Shown one piece after another: positions 27,572 through 42,971 of a stretch of 64,000 bases of DNA. The DNA comes from Neocallimastix sp. 'constans'. Taxonomy: Eukaryota. The DNA lies in contig JBODTK010000119.1 of the NCBI GenBank assembly GCA_050613775.1, forward strand, positions 124,001-188,000. Direction: 5' to 3'. Positions within the stretch are counted from its first letter, which is position 1. The number at the start of each line of letters is the position of its first letter. The notes under the pieces were generated by a model. The model searched no databases. It saw only the letters and a program-made list of their open reading frames with translations, and was not told the origin of the DNA. Position numbers and translations under genes: made by a program.

Positions 27572-27602
<31 letters not shown>
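27336..27602 (+). mobile_element. Dispersed repeat, probable 5'-truncated retrotransposon 3' end (copy B), followed by an A-tract
   Basis: Similar to the reverse complement of 1285-1530. It ends in a ~29-nt A run at about 27574-27602. Confidence 0.6.
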
Positions 27603-27604
<2 letters not shown>

Positions 27605-28230
27605 AGTAAAATAAAATAAAGTAAACGAAAATGGATTATTTTATTTTACCATAAGTGTAAATATCTTTATTGGTGTAAGAAAAAATATTATATTTAATAT
27701 GTTCTTTGTATAAATATAATAATTTTATTCTTTCCATTCTTTTTAATTTATATTAAAAATATAGATAATACAGAATTATAAAAAAAAAATAAATTTAATT
27801 ATTAAACTTTTCATTGGGTCAAAAATAATATCATTTATTTATTTACTTATTTACCTATTTATTTAATATTATTCTCGATACTTAAAGGATAATCCAAAAG
27901 TATAATTTTATTTTTAATTTATTCTTGATTTAAATTTATTTAATATTTATTCATTTATTCATTTATATAATTACTATTTATTTATTTTATTTGAATTTAT
28001 TAATTTATATTATAAATTAATATTTATTTCATTGTATTGTATTTTTAATATATATTATATTTTAAATAAATCAAAAAAAAAAATTATAAAAAGAATTAAT
28101 AAGAAATTTTAATATTTAAAAATTTTGAATTAACCGTAAATTCCTAGCCAATCATGTATTATAGTTGATTTACTTTTTTTTTATTAATATTTTTTTTAAT
28201 AGAGAATTTATGAAAATAGAATAATAATTT

Positions 28231-28410
<180 letters not shown>

Positions 28411-28901
28411 TATTTATTTATTTTGGAGAAAAGTAGTAGTCTATAATCGGAAACCGATACTAACATCATTAAAAAAAAAAACAATTAAAAATTTTTTATA
28501 TTAAAAAAAAAAAAAGAATAAGAGAAAAGTATTAACTTCGTAATATATTTTAGTTACTTAAAATAATTATTTTTTTTTATAAAAGTAAATAAAAATCTTT
28601 TGCTTTTTATTTTATTTTTATAAAATATATATAATTATCGTAATAACATAAAAAATAATAATAACAATTATAATTTTAACTAATATTTAAATTTAAATTG
28701 TGAAACATTTATAAAATAACTCTATAATATTTTTTATACATAAAATAATAATAGAAGTAAGAATATTATAAAAAAGAATAAAATCATAATGATGTAAAAA
28801 AAAAAAAAAAAAAAAAAAAAAGTTTTTATTTTATAATAATTAATATTTTAACTAATAAGATATATATATATATATATATTTATTTATTAAGAAAATACAT
28901 A

Positions 28902-29934
28902 ATGAACAAGAATACTATAGTATCTAACTCCGTAAATTTATTATCAAAGAGTAACATTAATACCCTCTATGCTGTTTCAAATATAACGAAACAACAAATA
29001 CCAATAATGAAAAGAACTTTTTTAAATGTTACTTCTACTTCTACTTCTGTTTCTTCATCATTATTATGCTATAATCAAAATTCTTTATTAAACCAAGGAA
29101 ATTTATTAAATAATATAAATACTCGTGTAGCATATAGATTTAACTCAACAGAAGCTAATTCTGGAAAAGAAACTAAAAAGGATGAAAAGAAAGAAGAAAA
29201 GAAGGAAGAAGAAAAGAAGGAAGATAAAAAAGAACCAGAAATGGATCCAGTTGTAAAGAAATTATTTGAAAGCAAAGATAAAAAAATTTCAGATTTACAG
29301 GTATATATATAAATATTAATGTATATAAAATTATTTAATGTATATAAAATTACTTAATATTTTAATAATATACAATAAAATATTAATTAAAATATATTGA
29401 TGCTTCAATTAATATTAATTATTATTATTATTATTATTATTATTTTGATATATTATTTTAACAAAAATTTCGTTCATATCAAAGAATGCCTATAAGAGAG
29501 CTTTAGCTGATACTGAAAATATTAGAGAAAGAACTCGCAAGGAAATTCAAAAATCAACACAATTTGCTATTCAAAAATTTGCTAAGGATTTATTGGATAT
29601 ATCAGATATTTTAAAGATGGCGTTAGAATCAGTTCCAGAAAATAAACGTAACGATAAATCAGATAACATATTGTATAGTTTATTTACTGGTGTTAATATG
29701 ACTAGAACTCAACTTTTAAATACTTTTAAGAAGCATGGATTAGAAATGTTTAACCCATTAGGTGAAACTTTTGATGCTAACAAACACCAAGCTATGTTCC
29801 AAACTCCAATGGCAGATAAAGAACCAGGAATTATAATTTCTGTCCAAAAGGAAGGTTATATCTTAAATGGTCGTATATTAAGACCAGCTCAAGTTGGTGT
29901 TTCAAAGAAACCAGAAGATAATGAAAAAAAATAG
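28902..29934 (+). CDS. MGE1: Organellar (mitochondrial-type/hydrogenosomal) GrpE nucleotide exchange factor, 2 exons (28902-29300, 29485-29934)
   Basis: Spliced YKRALADTENIRERTRKEIQKSTQFAIQKFAKDLLDISD, FNPLGETFDANKHQAMFQ and GYILNGRILRPAQVGV are GrpE signatures. The acid-free N-terminal extension ends ...YRFNST. Confidence 0.95.
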
Positions 29935-30494
29935 ATTTCTGTAATTAAAAAAAAAAAAAAAAAAAAAAAAGTAATTTATTGCTATAAGGGATTTTATATA
30001 TTTTAAATAGATTTAATGAAATAAAATTCTTTATTAAAAAGAAAAAAAAAACTTTTTAAAAAATTTTTATCCTTTTTATGGAAGTTTACTTTAATAAATT
30101 AATTTTAATTTATTTTAATTTTTTTAATTTTTATTTAATTATTTTATAGTAATTATACAAATAAAATAATATTAACTAGAATTTATTTAAAACAAAGAAC
30201 CAAAAATTATATATATATATATATATATAAAAATAAACGCTATACATATATAAATGCATGATAATAGTCATTAAAAAAAAAAAAAAAAAGCATTATCCAA
30301 ATTAATAATAATAAGAAATTATAATATAAAAAAAAAAAAAAAAAAGAAAAAAGAAAAAAGAAAAAGGGGAATACTTCTAAATATTAATAGTAATAATTAA
30401 TCAACAAAAAATAATTTAATATAATTATAATTTTTATATAAAATTTAATAAATAAATAAATAATAATATAAATTTTAAATATTTATATTTTTTT

Positions 30495-30539
<45 letters not shown>

Positions 30540-30796
30540 TTTTATTCGTATATAAAATAATATAAAATATAAATTTGTAAAAATATTAAAAATACTAAAA
30601 TTGTCATAACTCTTTAAATTTATATTTAAAAATTAATTAATTAAATATTTAAAAAAAAACTTTAAATATTATTTATGTATACTAAAAGTAAAAGAAATGA
30701 TTTATTTGAAAACAGATTATTGATATTAATGTTATGTATAATTTAGAAGGTTATATTAGTTAATAGTGTATAATAGAAATTCATTGAAAATATTAA

Positions 30797-31090
30797 TTAG
30801 GTATTTAAACCAAAATTTCTGTAGTTTCCACCAACAGATAAATTCTAAATTATTTTAAATAATTATATAAAATTTATTAATTGAATATTATTTTAAAATA
30901 ATAAAAAAATTTTTTTAATAAGACATATACTCTCGTAAATTCATGGTTAGTACTGAAATATTGTTTTGGCATTTCCTCAATAGATGGTTTATTGTATCCA
31001 TAATCATTACTTGTAGTAGTATATAATATATTTTGTTTTTTGACTTTATAATTCCATATTTCTATTATAGTCATTATTATTGTTATGGTA

Positions 31091-31123
<33 letters not shown>

Positions 31124-31277
31124 TAAAGAAAACCATTTTTATTAATACATTATATAGTTTTAATCTTACATATATATCATTGTAATATATTTAAATACCT
31201 GGTCTTTGGAATTTTTCTGGTAAAATAGATGGATCTTGAACTATTGGTTTTATTACTTTCTCAACAGTTTCGACCAT
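30797..31277 (-). CDS. Pierce1/Pierce2 (C9orf116/C15orf65, FAP182-like) ciliary microtubule inner protein, 3 exons (31277-31199, 31061-30931, 30844-30797), 85 aa
   Basis: Spliced product MVETVEKVIKPIVQDPSILPEKFQRPEIWNYKVKKQNILYTTTSNDYGYNKPSIEEMPKQYFSTNHEFTRNLSVGGNYRNFGLNT. It matches the recalled family pattern LP.RF..P...Y......YRTSN..YG...PTVHEMP..F......FS..L..GGMFRN..LN. GT-AG phases are consistent. Confidence 0.85.
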
Positions 31278-31547
31278 TTTTAAAATTTTATAAAACGATA
31301 ATACTCAGATATTGAATATATATAATATTTAATTTTTTCTTCAAATTTTTGATATTAAGATTAAAATGAATAAAAAAAAATTTTTTTTCGATAATTTTTT
31401 TTTCGTTTAAATCATTTAATAACTTATTAAAGTTATTTTCGTTTTATTTTACTTTTAAACTTAAAAAATCAATATATAAAATATACTTCGTAATAGATTG
31501 AAAAACTTTTTATAATGATTTTATTAAACTAGATTTTTAATTTAGAA

Positions 31548-31579
<32 letters not shown>

Positions 31580-31836
31580 AAAAAAAAAAAAAAAAAAAAA
31601 AAAAGATTTCTAATTAATTAATTCCAAATTATTTTTTTCCTTTTTTTACTTTTATATATTTATAAAGTAAAATATATATATATTTTTTATTTTTAAAACT
31701 TTGTAAATTTTCAATTTATATTTTAAAAAAATTACTAAATGATTAAAAAAATATTAAATAAATAAAACAAAATATACATTATTTACTATTGAATAACATT
31801 TTGTTAATATTTAATATTTTTTAATTATAATAAAAA

Positions 31837-31870
<34 letters not shown>

Positions 31871-32118
31871 TAATTTTAATTAAATAAAATGATCGTAAAT
31901 TTTCAAATTTTCGTAAATTAATTTTTTTATAAAGGAAAAAAATATATATATATATATACACTTTAAATAAAAGATTGTAAAACCATTTAAAGTATTTATA
32001 CTTTATTAAATAAGAATTTTGATTAATTATAAAAAATTTGATTATTTAATTCAAAATATTTTTTTTCCTTTATATAAAATTTTAATTTATATAAATTTAA
32101 AGATTCGTAAAATTTGTA

Positions 32119-32149
<31 letters not shown>

Positions 32150-32192
32150 TTTATTTATCATATAAATAATAATAAAAATCTCCATAATATTA

Positions 32193-32286
<94 letters not shown>

Positions 32287-32340
32287 GTAATAATAATAAT
32301 AATAGTAATAATAATAATAATAATAGTAATAATAATAAAA
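32193..32340. repeat. (AAT)n microsatellite
   Basis: Directly visible. It explains the poly-Leu ORF at 32147-32404. Confidence 0.95.
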
Positions 32341-32556
32341 ATAATAAGAATAAAAATCTCCACAACAAAAAGTATATATAATTTATATATAGTTTTAAAT
32401 ACATATATGTAATTTGTATTTATAAAGCTTCAAATAAAAATATAATAAAACCTCGTTTACTGGAAATCTATGATATATAATTATATAATAATTGATATGT
32501 ATAATTATATGCACATTAAATATTAATATTAATTTTATTATTAATAGTTTTCAAAA

Positions 32557-32587
<31 letters not shown>

Positions 32588-33307
32588 AAATTCTTGATGT
32601 TTTATCTTATTTAAATATGAAACTTACAATATGAAAATTTACAAACAATAGTCTAGAGTTTTGTCAATAAAAAATTGAAATTTCTAATTTTTATTAAAAT
32701 GTAATTTTAAATATATATATATATATATATTTTTTATTACCTTTTTTTTTTTTTTTTTATAAAAAAAAAATAAAAAAAGTATATATTTATATTTTTTATA
32801 TATAATATATTCATATATAATGTTTTTTTTTTTTTTTTTTATAAAATTATTTAATAATTATCAATATATTTATTTGAAAAAAAAAACTTTTATTTAAATA
32901 AATAATGTTAATTATTGATATATTTATTCATAGTTTAATTTTACGAAAAATCATGCTAATTTTTATGAATAATAGAAACAGTAATAATTTATAACTTCAT
33001 TCATTTAATTAAGAAAATAGTGATGGTGAAAATAAGATATCAATCATAAACTTTATTATAATGAAAACTATAATTTAATAGACGGTTTTCAATAATAATA
33101 AATCTAACAATTAAAAACTATATAATATTTAATAATAAGTAATAAAAAACAAAAATTTAATTAAAAATAAATTTTAATATATAAAAAAAAAATTTTTTTT
33201 ATCATTTTTTTAAATCAATGTGATTATTTGTAAAAATTTATTTAATACGGAAATGAAATCTAGATTTTTAATTCTATAATTGAAATTTATCTTTTTTTAT
33301 GAAGGGC

Positions 33308-33354
<47 letters not shown>

Positions 33355-33638
33355 TATGAATATATTTTTGATATTAATTTTTTTTTTTGAAATTCTTTAA
33401 TTTTATATAAATAATATTATATTTTTATTTGATAGAATTAAAGTAAATACCCCATAGATAAGATATATTTTATAAAAAATATATATTGTTAATTTATTAT
33501 ACTAAATAAAAGTAATGATAAGAAACATTTCAATAAATAAAAAAGAAAGGGTATATACATATTTATTTAAAAAAAAAAAATAGTATTAATATCATTTAAA
33601 AAAAATCAATTATTAATTAATATAAAAAGTAAATTAAA

Positions 33639-35098
33639 ATGCCTGTTTGTGTTGAATGTGGTAAATCTGTTCCAAATTTATATACTGAATATAGTAAACA
33701 AAATATTCAGTTATCCGTTTGTGTATGTAAAAATTTATTGTGGAATATAAACATATTTTTTTTAAATATTTTTAAAATTCTAATTTCATTTGTAAATATT
33801 TCATTTTTATGATTAAAATTAATTATATATAATAGAGTTCATGTAATAATTTTGCGGATCAATATATAGAGCATGACTATATAATCATATTTATGGATTT
33901 ATTACTTCATAAAAAACAAGTTTATCGGCATTTACTATTTAACAGGCTAGATTATATAGATTCAGGAATTCAAGTAAATAATAGAAAATTGAATAGAAAT
34001 AAAACAGGATAGAATATAATTAGAAGAAATTCTTAATACTTTTTTTTTTTTTTTTTATTTTTATTTTTATTTTGGTTATATTTAAAATTTTTATATTAAT
34101 TTTTATTTAAATTATCAATTTCAAATTGAAAAAAGTCAGGAATAAAGAAATTAGCTATTCTTTTAATTCTTTTTGATGTCTGTATCCTTTTAAATAAAAA
34201 CAAAAATATAAATAAACATTTAATATAAATTACAAGAGTTTCAATTTATTTTTTAATGAAATTAGGAATATAAATAATAAATTTATTCTTAACACCTTAT
34301 AACATATAACAACAACAATAATAATTTTAGATATTAAATGGCTTAAATTGGAAAATATACCAAACATTAATGTACTTTTACATTATATATATATATTGTT
34401 TGTTTGTACTGTAGGTAAATATATATAATAATAATAATAACTACGTATAATTACATTATAGAAAAAAATAATAATACTTAAATTATATATTATAAAAATA
34501 TTTTAGAATTAATTATATTTCATGTTAGTGTACGATTTATGATATGGTTTTTATATCATAGAAAATATGAAATAATAAAGTAATATTATAATTTAATTTC
34601 ATAATAAATAAAATTTTAATATTTATCTTAATTATTATATTTTAATATTTATATATTATTGTTATAATTTTTTTTACTAATAATAATAATAATAAAAAAA
34701 AAAAAAAAAGATATAATTACGTAACTATTGCGCTAATTATATCTAGTTTCAGCAAATTATTATTAATTTTAATGATAATATGGGATTATGGTGAAATAAA
34801 TTATTCTTGGTATATAAATATTATAGTATTTACTTCAAATGTAGAGGCATTATCAGGTATATTAATATTAATATTTTTTTTTAATATAATGTTATAAAAT
34901 AAGAATTACAATATACTTTTATACTATATTTGAATGTGACATATATATTAACATTCAAATTTTATATAAATATTAGTATTTTTAGATGAAAATTATATTA
35001 AAACTGTTCCAATACTGTTATTTGGTGTATTTATGAAACTCTTATTTTCTTTTATTATTCATAAATTTGATTACAAAATTTATGGAGTTATTAATTAA
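33639..35098 (+). CDS. ARV1: Arv1 family ER membrane protein (sterol homeostasis/GPI biosynthesis), about 7 short exons, absent from the ORF track
   Basis: MPVCVECGKSVPNLYTEYSKQNIQLSVC | SSCNNFADQYIEHDYIIIFMDLLLHKKQVYRHLLFN is the Arv1 homology domain (CxxC...CxxC). Later exons encode LAILLILFDV, IISSFSKLLLILMIIWDY and FTSNVEALS. Stop at 35096-35098. Confidence 0.92.
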
Positions 35099-35547
35099 AT
35101 TGATAATAAAAATTTATAATATTATATTGAAATAGAAATTTTTATAAAAAAAAAATTTTTTTTATTCGATAAATTGAAATATAAAATAAAATATTTATTA
35201 AACAAGAAAATAAATAAAATAATTAAATAATTATAAAATATATTTTAAACTATATAAAAGGAAAATAATTAGATTTTTTTTTTTTAAAAAAAAAATAAAA
35301 ATAAAAAAATAAAAAATTTTAATATGATAATGAAGGTAATAATAGTAATATTTTATGTAAAAATATTTATTAATAAATATAGAAAATATCAGTGTAAAAA
35401 AAAAATATTAAATAAAAGAAATAAATTTTCATTTTAATGAAAAAAAAAAAAATTATGTATAAATATAATTTTTTTCTTTAATTATTTATAAAAGTTTATA
35501 ATTTTGCTGATTATACATTTTTTTTTTTAATTATTTTATATTTAAAT

Positions 35548-35585
<38 letters not shown>

Positions 35586-35782
35586 AAAAAATAATTCAAA
35601 TATCCATTATTAATTTGATCAATATACCAAGATATTAATAAATATAGATTTATTATTTATAAAGTCAATTTAAAAAAAAAAAAAATTATTTAAATATTTT
35701 TATTTTATTCTATAATTCATTTTTTATTTTTATATTTTATCCAAATATAAATTATTGGTTACATATTTAAAAGATATCTTCA

Positions 35783-35813
<31 letters not shown>

Positions 35814-36429
35814 TATATATATATATTTACTAGGTATTATTATTTCTGAAATTTTTATTTTTATATTATTTTGTAATTTTTATTGATTTATAAATGTTAT
35901 TACAATCATATATATATATTTTAAATTGTAAAATTTAGAAAATAAAATGGTTATTTTTTATGTATATAAAATAAAAATTTAATTTGTTATTCTATTCTAT
36001 TATATTCTATTATTTTATTTTATTTTATTTTTTTTAATAAAAACAAATATGTGAAATAAATAAATAAATAAATAAAATAAAATAAAATAAAATAAAAAAA
36101 TATATTAAAAATTAAAAAAAAAATGAAAATATAAAAGAAATATCAGAGAATAATAATAAATAAAGCAAATGTATATTATTAATTAATTTTATAAATATAT
36201 ATATATTATATAGATTATTATTATTATTAATATTATATATATATATAATATTTTATTTTTTATTCTATTTTATTATGACTCTTCACCGTCACACTTTTAT
36301 TTTTATACATTTATTCAAATACAAATAATTGCTTGTATCTTTTTTGTTATATATATTTAAAAAGCATCTTCCTTTACTATTTTTTTATTTTTAGATTTTA
36401 TATTTATATTTTATGTTATTTTATTTTAT

Positions 36430-36472
<43 letters not shown>

Positions 36473-36788
36473 TTTTTTTATTTTTTTTTTTTTTTAAAAG
36501 TTGAATATTGTTATTTCAGATATTTTAATTTTAAATTATTTCATAATTTTTTTGTTGTATCAATTATTATGAAATATATATTTTAATTATATAATGTAGA
36601 AAATAAAATGATTATAATTGTATATAAATAAAATATAAATAAATAAATAAATAAATATTAATTACTTATTCTATTTATATTGAATAATATTTTTAGTTCA
36701 TTTTATTTTAATATATTTGTTATTATATAATACTTTTATTTTATATATAATAAATTTTTTAATAGATAGAAAAAGAAAAAAAGAAAAA

Positions 36789-38587
<1,799 letters not shown>

Positions 38588-38653
38588 TTTTATTATTTAT
38601 TATTATTATTATTTTATTAATTTAAATATTCGATATTGTTTTCTTTAATTTTT

Positions 38654-38685
<32 letters not shown>

Positions 38686-38825
38686 TATAATTGATAATAT
38701 AAATTTTAAAATTATTTAATTTTTTTTTCCTATTATACTGATTGATGTACTATAATGTAATACAAATATTATGAAAAATTTAAAATTTTTAAATCAAAAA
38801 ACAAGATTTAATAAATTAAAAATAT

Positions 38826-39350
38826 ATTAATTATAAAAAAGTAATTTCTTCGATTTAATTATATTTTTTAATTTTATAAAATATATTTAAAATGGATAAA
38901 TATAAATAATTTAAATATCTTATTAAATTTATTATATTTTTGAATTTAAATGATTTACACAAAAAGTTAAAATGTGGATTTTTATTATATTTAATATAAG
39001 AAAAAATTTTGAATTTAATCATAATTAATATTTAAGCATAAAGATTTACTTTAGATGATCAATTATAAAAAAGTTATTTATTTAAAACAATTTATAAAAT
39101 TTATTAATTATTAAAAAGTAATTTCTTTGATTTTATTATATTTTGTTAATTTTATAAAATATATTTAAAATGGATATAATATAAATAATTTAAGTATTAT
39201 ATTAAATTTATTTTAATTTTGAATTTAAAAAATTTACACATAAAATTAAAATATTGATTTTTTTTTTTTTATATTTAATATAATAAATCATAATTAATAA
39301 TCGAATTTAAAGATTTACTTTAGATTATAAATTATAAAAAAGTTTTTTAT
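38826..39350. repeat. Diverged ~280-bp tandem duplication upstream of TPK paralogue 1
   Basis: Landmarks AAAAAGTAATTTCTT, TTTTATAAAATATATTTAAAATGGATA, ATTTACACA and AAAGATTTACTTTAGAT each occur twice, about 270-280 bp apart. Confidence 0.85.
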
Positions 39351-40724
39351 AACAATATAAATATATTTAAATATAGTTTTAATATTTTTTTTTATATCTT
39401 TTATAATATAAATATATTTGAAAATTTTTATTAAAATTATTAAAATTATTCAATTTAAAGTCAAACAAAAAATTATTTATAAATATTTAAAATTAATTCT
39501 AATATTTTACATTAGGATTAATATTATTATTTCTTTAAAATAATAAATAAATATTTTAAAATAATTTTATTTGGAGTTTTTTATTTTCATTTTATAAAAT
39601 ATATATTATCTATTTAATTTACAATATAATAAAAAAAAAGTATGAACAGATTTTTTTAAAAAATAATTAATTTAATATATCTTAATTTAATTTATAACAT
39701 ATTAAAAATATCAAAACAATTCAATGATTATTTAAATTTTTGATTTTATATTTAATTATTTTTTTTTTTGTATAGTACATCACATCACTATTATGATCAG
39801 TTGTGATTATAATTATTATCATAGTTGATAGAATATGTGAATATTGGGTATATATTATGTAATTACGATCAAATTTTGACTTCTAATAATTAATGCTAAT
39901 ATTGTATTATTATATTTATTTTTATCGTTTTTATTATTAAAATTTAAAAAATTATATTTTTATTATTATTTCAATTTAACTTTGATATATTTTAAGCTTT
40001 ATACTTTAAAATATTATAAACTTTATATTTTAAATTGGGATAAAATTGTTTAATTTATGTAATTAATGTATCACAGTTAATATTATTTTAATAATAATAA
40101 ACTTTTTAAAAAAATACCATTTGATATTTTAAAAAAAATATTGAATAATTGCATTATTTAAATATTAATAATGTTAAAAGAAATATTAATATATATGAAA
40201 ATATTTAATTTATACAAAAAAAAGAATATTATAATTATTATTCTTATATAATTTTTATTTTAATGTCTATCAAAAATAATTCTACTAATAGAATAATTAA
40301 AAATATAATATAATAATACATGTTATTTAGTAAATACTAAATTAAGTAATAAACAATAATAAACAATACAATATATAATAAATAATCAATCTATAATTAA
40401 TTATATTTAAATGTAATTTGTTATTTTCCATTACTATATTGCTTTATTTTAATAATTTTTATTAATATTATGTCTGATAAACTACAAATATTTATTTTCT
40501 TAAAACAAAAATCTGGTTAAATAAATATTATTATTATAAAATAGTTTTATATTTTTTATTTTATTTTATAAAAAAAAATTATAGTTATATATGTATATAT
40601 AAATATCAAAAGAAAAAATTTTATTCTATAATTCTGAATAGTTCTTTAGTTTTATTTTGCTTTTTTATCTAATATTATATAATGATTTTTTTTATTTTTA
40701 GCTTTGTTATATTTAATTCATGTT

Positions 40725-40778
<54 letters not shown>

Positions 40779-40869
40779 TAAATTTTTATTCTTTATTTTA
40801 TTTTATTTTATTTTTCTATTTTATTTATTATTTTTCTATTTATTTTTATTATCTTGATATTTTTATTTA

Positions 40870-40916
<47 letters not shown>

Positions 40917-40984
40917 GTTATTAATATTTTTTCATGAAAATATAATATAATAAAATAAAATAAATATAACATAAAAATAAAAAA

Positions 40985-42117
40985 TTATTCATCATTCAAA
41001 TTACACTCAATAGACCAATATAATGGTTGATCCTAAAAAATATAAAAATATATTATTAATTTAAATAAAAATATATATTTATAGATATATATATTATTTA
41101 TTCAAAAAAAAAAAAAAAAAAAAAAAAAACGAAAATTTTGTTATCAAAATTATATCAATTATAACTTTTATGTTTAATAATTACCGTATCAACAATAACT
41201 TCATTAATTTCTTGTTCTGGATGTTCAAAAGCATTTGAACTACTTATAATTGTTTTAAAAGATAAAGGGAAAGATCCATCTTTGTTTCAAAGAATATTAT
41301 TTTTTAAATCAATAATATGTATATATTTATTCAAATAATTATTATTTTCGAGGTTTCCATTAAATATATATATATAGTGAGAATTCGTATTAATTAATTA
41401 TTTTAATAATAATATATATATTTATTAAATATATAAATTTTATTAAAATACCTAAATTCCATTTTAGACCTAAGGTCATTACATTTGCTTCATTAACACC
41501 AACAGGTAAAAGTCCACATGTAGGTCCTTCATACTTTGGAAAACAATATATTTTATGATTTCCCTATATATGAAGAAAAAAAATTTTTTTAAATTATTAA
41601 TTATTAAGGAAACAAACAAAGAAAAAAAAAATTTTTTTTTTTTCATTAATATTTTATTTTTACTTACTCTATTTAATAAAAATACTATACTTTCATTTGA
41701 TATTAAATATACATGTTTATTTAAAGGAACTTTATATAAAGTCGATACATTAGAAATAGTATGATCAAATCTTCCGTTAAGTGCACCTAACACATAGAGA
41801 TCATTCTTTATAAAATTGTCCAATATGAAATTTGTAAAATTTTAATTTATAAAAGTTTTAATAATAAATTATAAATAATTCACAAATATCACATATCTTA
41901 AAATAAATTTTTATACCATGGAGTTTTTTACTTATTGTATTTTATTTTATTCAATCTGTACTTTTCTTATTTAATATTCTACTATTTATTTTATTTCATT
42001 TTATTATATTTTATTCAATCCGTACTTTTCTTATATTCTACTATTTATTTTATTCTACTTTATTTTACTCTATTCTATTCCATTCTATTGCATTTTATCT
42101 TATTCTATTTTATATAT

Positions 42118-42165
<48 letters not shown>

Positions 42166-42833
42166 CATTTTTCATTTTTCTATTTATTATTACTTTTTTT
42201 TCTGAAATTCCAAAATTACACAATTTTAAAGTACCTTTTCGAAAGACTCATCTCCTTCGAGAGAATTTAAAAACATTAAAGATTTTTGAAAATCGGTATA
42301 ATCTTGGTCATATAATAATTTCTTTTGAGAACCTCTTTTTAAATAATATTCTAATATTTCTGGTTTTACAGAATCTAAATCTCCACATATATAATCAGGA
42401 ATGTATCTTTTATTTTTTATTTATTTATTTTATTAATATTATGAATCTCATTTGTATTGCATAAAAAAATTTTTATTTTTCTATCTTTTTATTCTTATTA
42501 AAATATATTGTAGATATTTACTTTTCTCTCTCTGCTGGATCATTTTTAAAATAATTATATAAACGATTTGTACCCCCATCAGCACAAATCTTAAATTTAG
42601 CTATATAACAGTATTTTTAAATATGATATTGGTACATTTATTATTACTAAAAAATTTTTATTTAATCATATATATTGATTTCAATTTATATATAAACCTT
42701 TTTTCCAAAGCCTATCTAATATCTCTTTCCTTGGTAATACGTAATTTAATATCATTAATGAAGGTGCACCATTTGTATACATACTATAATCGCTATATAT
42801 GAATTCGGTTGACCATTCTAATTCGACATCCAT
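40985..42833 (-). CDS. THI80: Thiamine pyrophosphokinase, paralogue 2, 7 exons
   Basis: Same exon structure as paralogue 1. Motifs MDVELEWSTEF, ICADGGTNRL, PDYICGDLDSV, LGALNGRFDHTISN, GLKWNL and DQPLYWSIECNLNDE*. Confidence 0.93.
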
Positions 42834-42903
42834 TTTTACTCTAATTTGTATATTATTGTTTTAAGTTTATATATTAAATATTTTTCTTTTTCTTTTTTAT
42901 TTT

Positions 42904-42935
<32 letters not shown>

Positions 42936-42938
42936 ATT

Positions 42939-42971
<33 letters not shown>

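Noticed and set aside
28440..28470. ATCGGAAACCGAT mini-hairpin next to the (ATAA)n array
   Set aside because: A 5-bp stem is expected by chance, and no supporting element structure is present.
39770..39900. Slightly GC-richer island between the TPK copies as a snoRNA
   Set aside because: No convincing C/D or H/ACA boxes or terminal stem.
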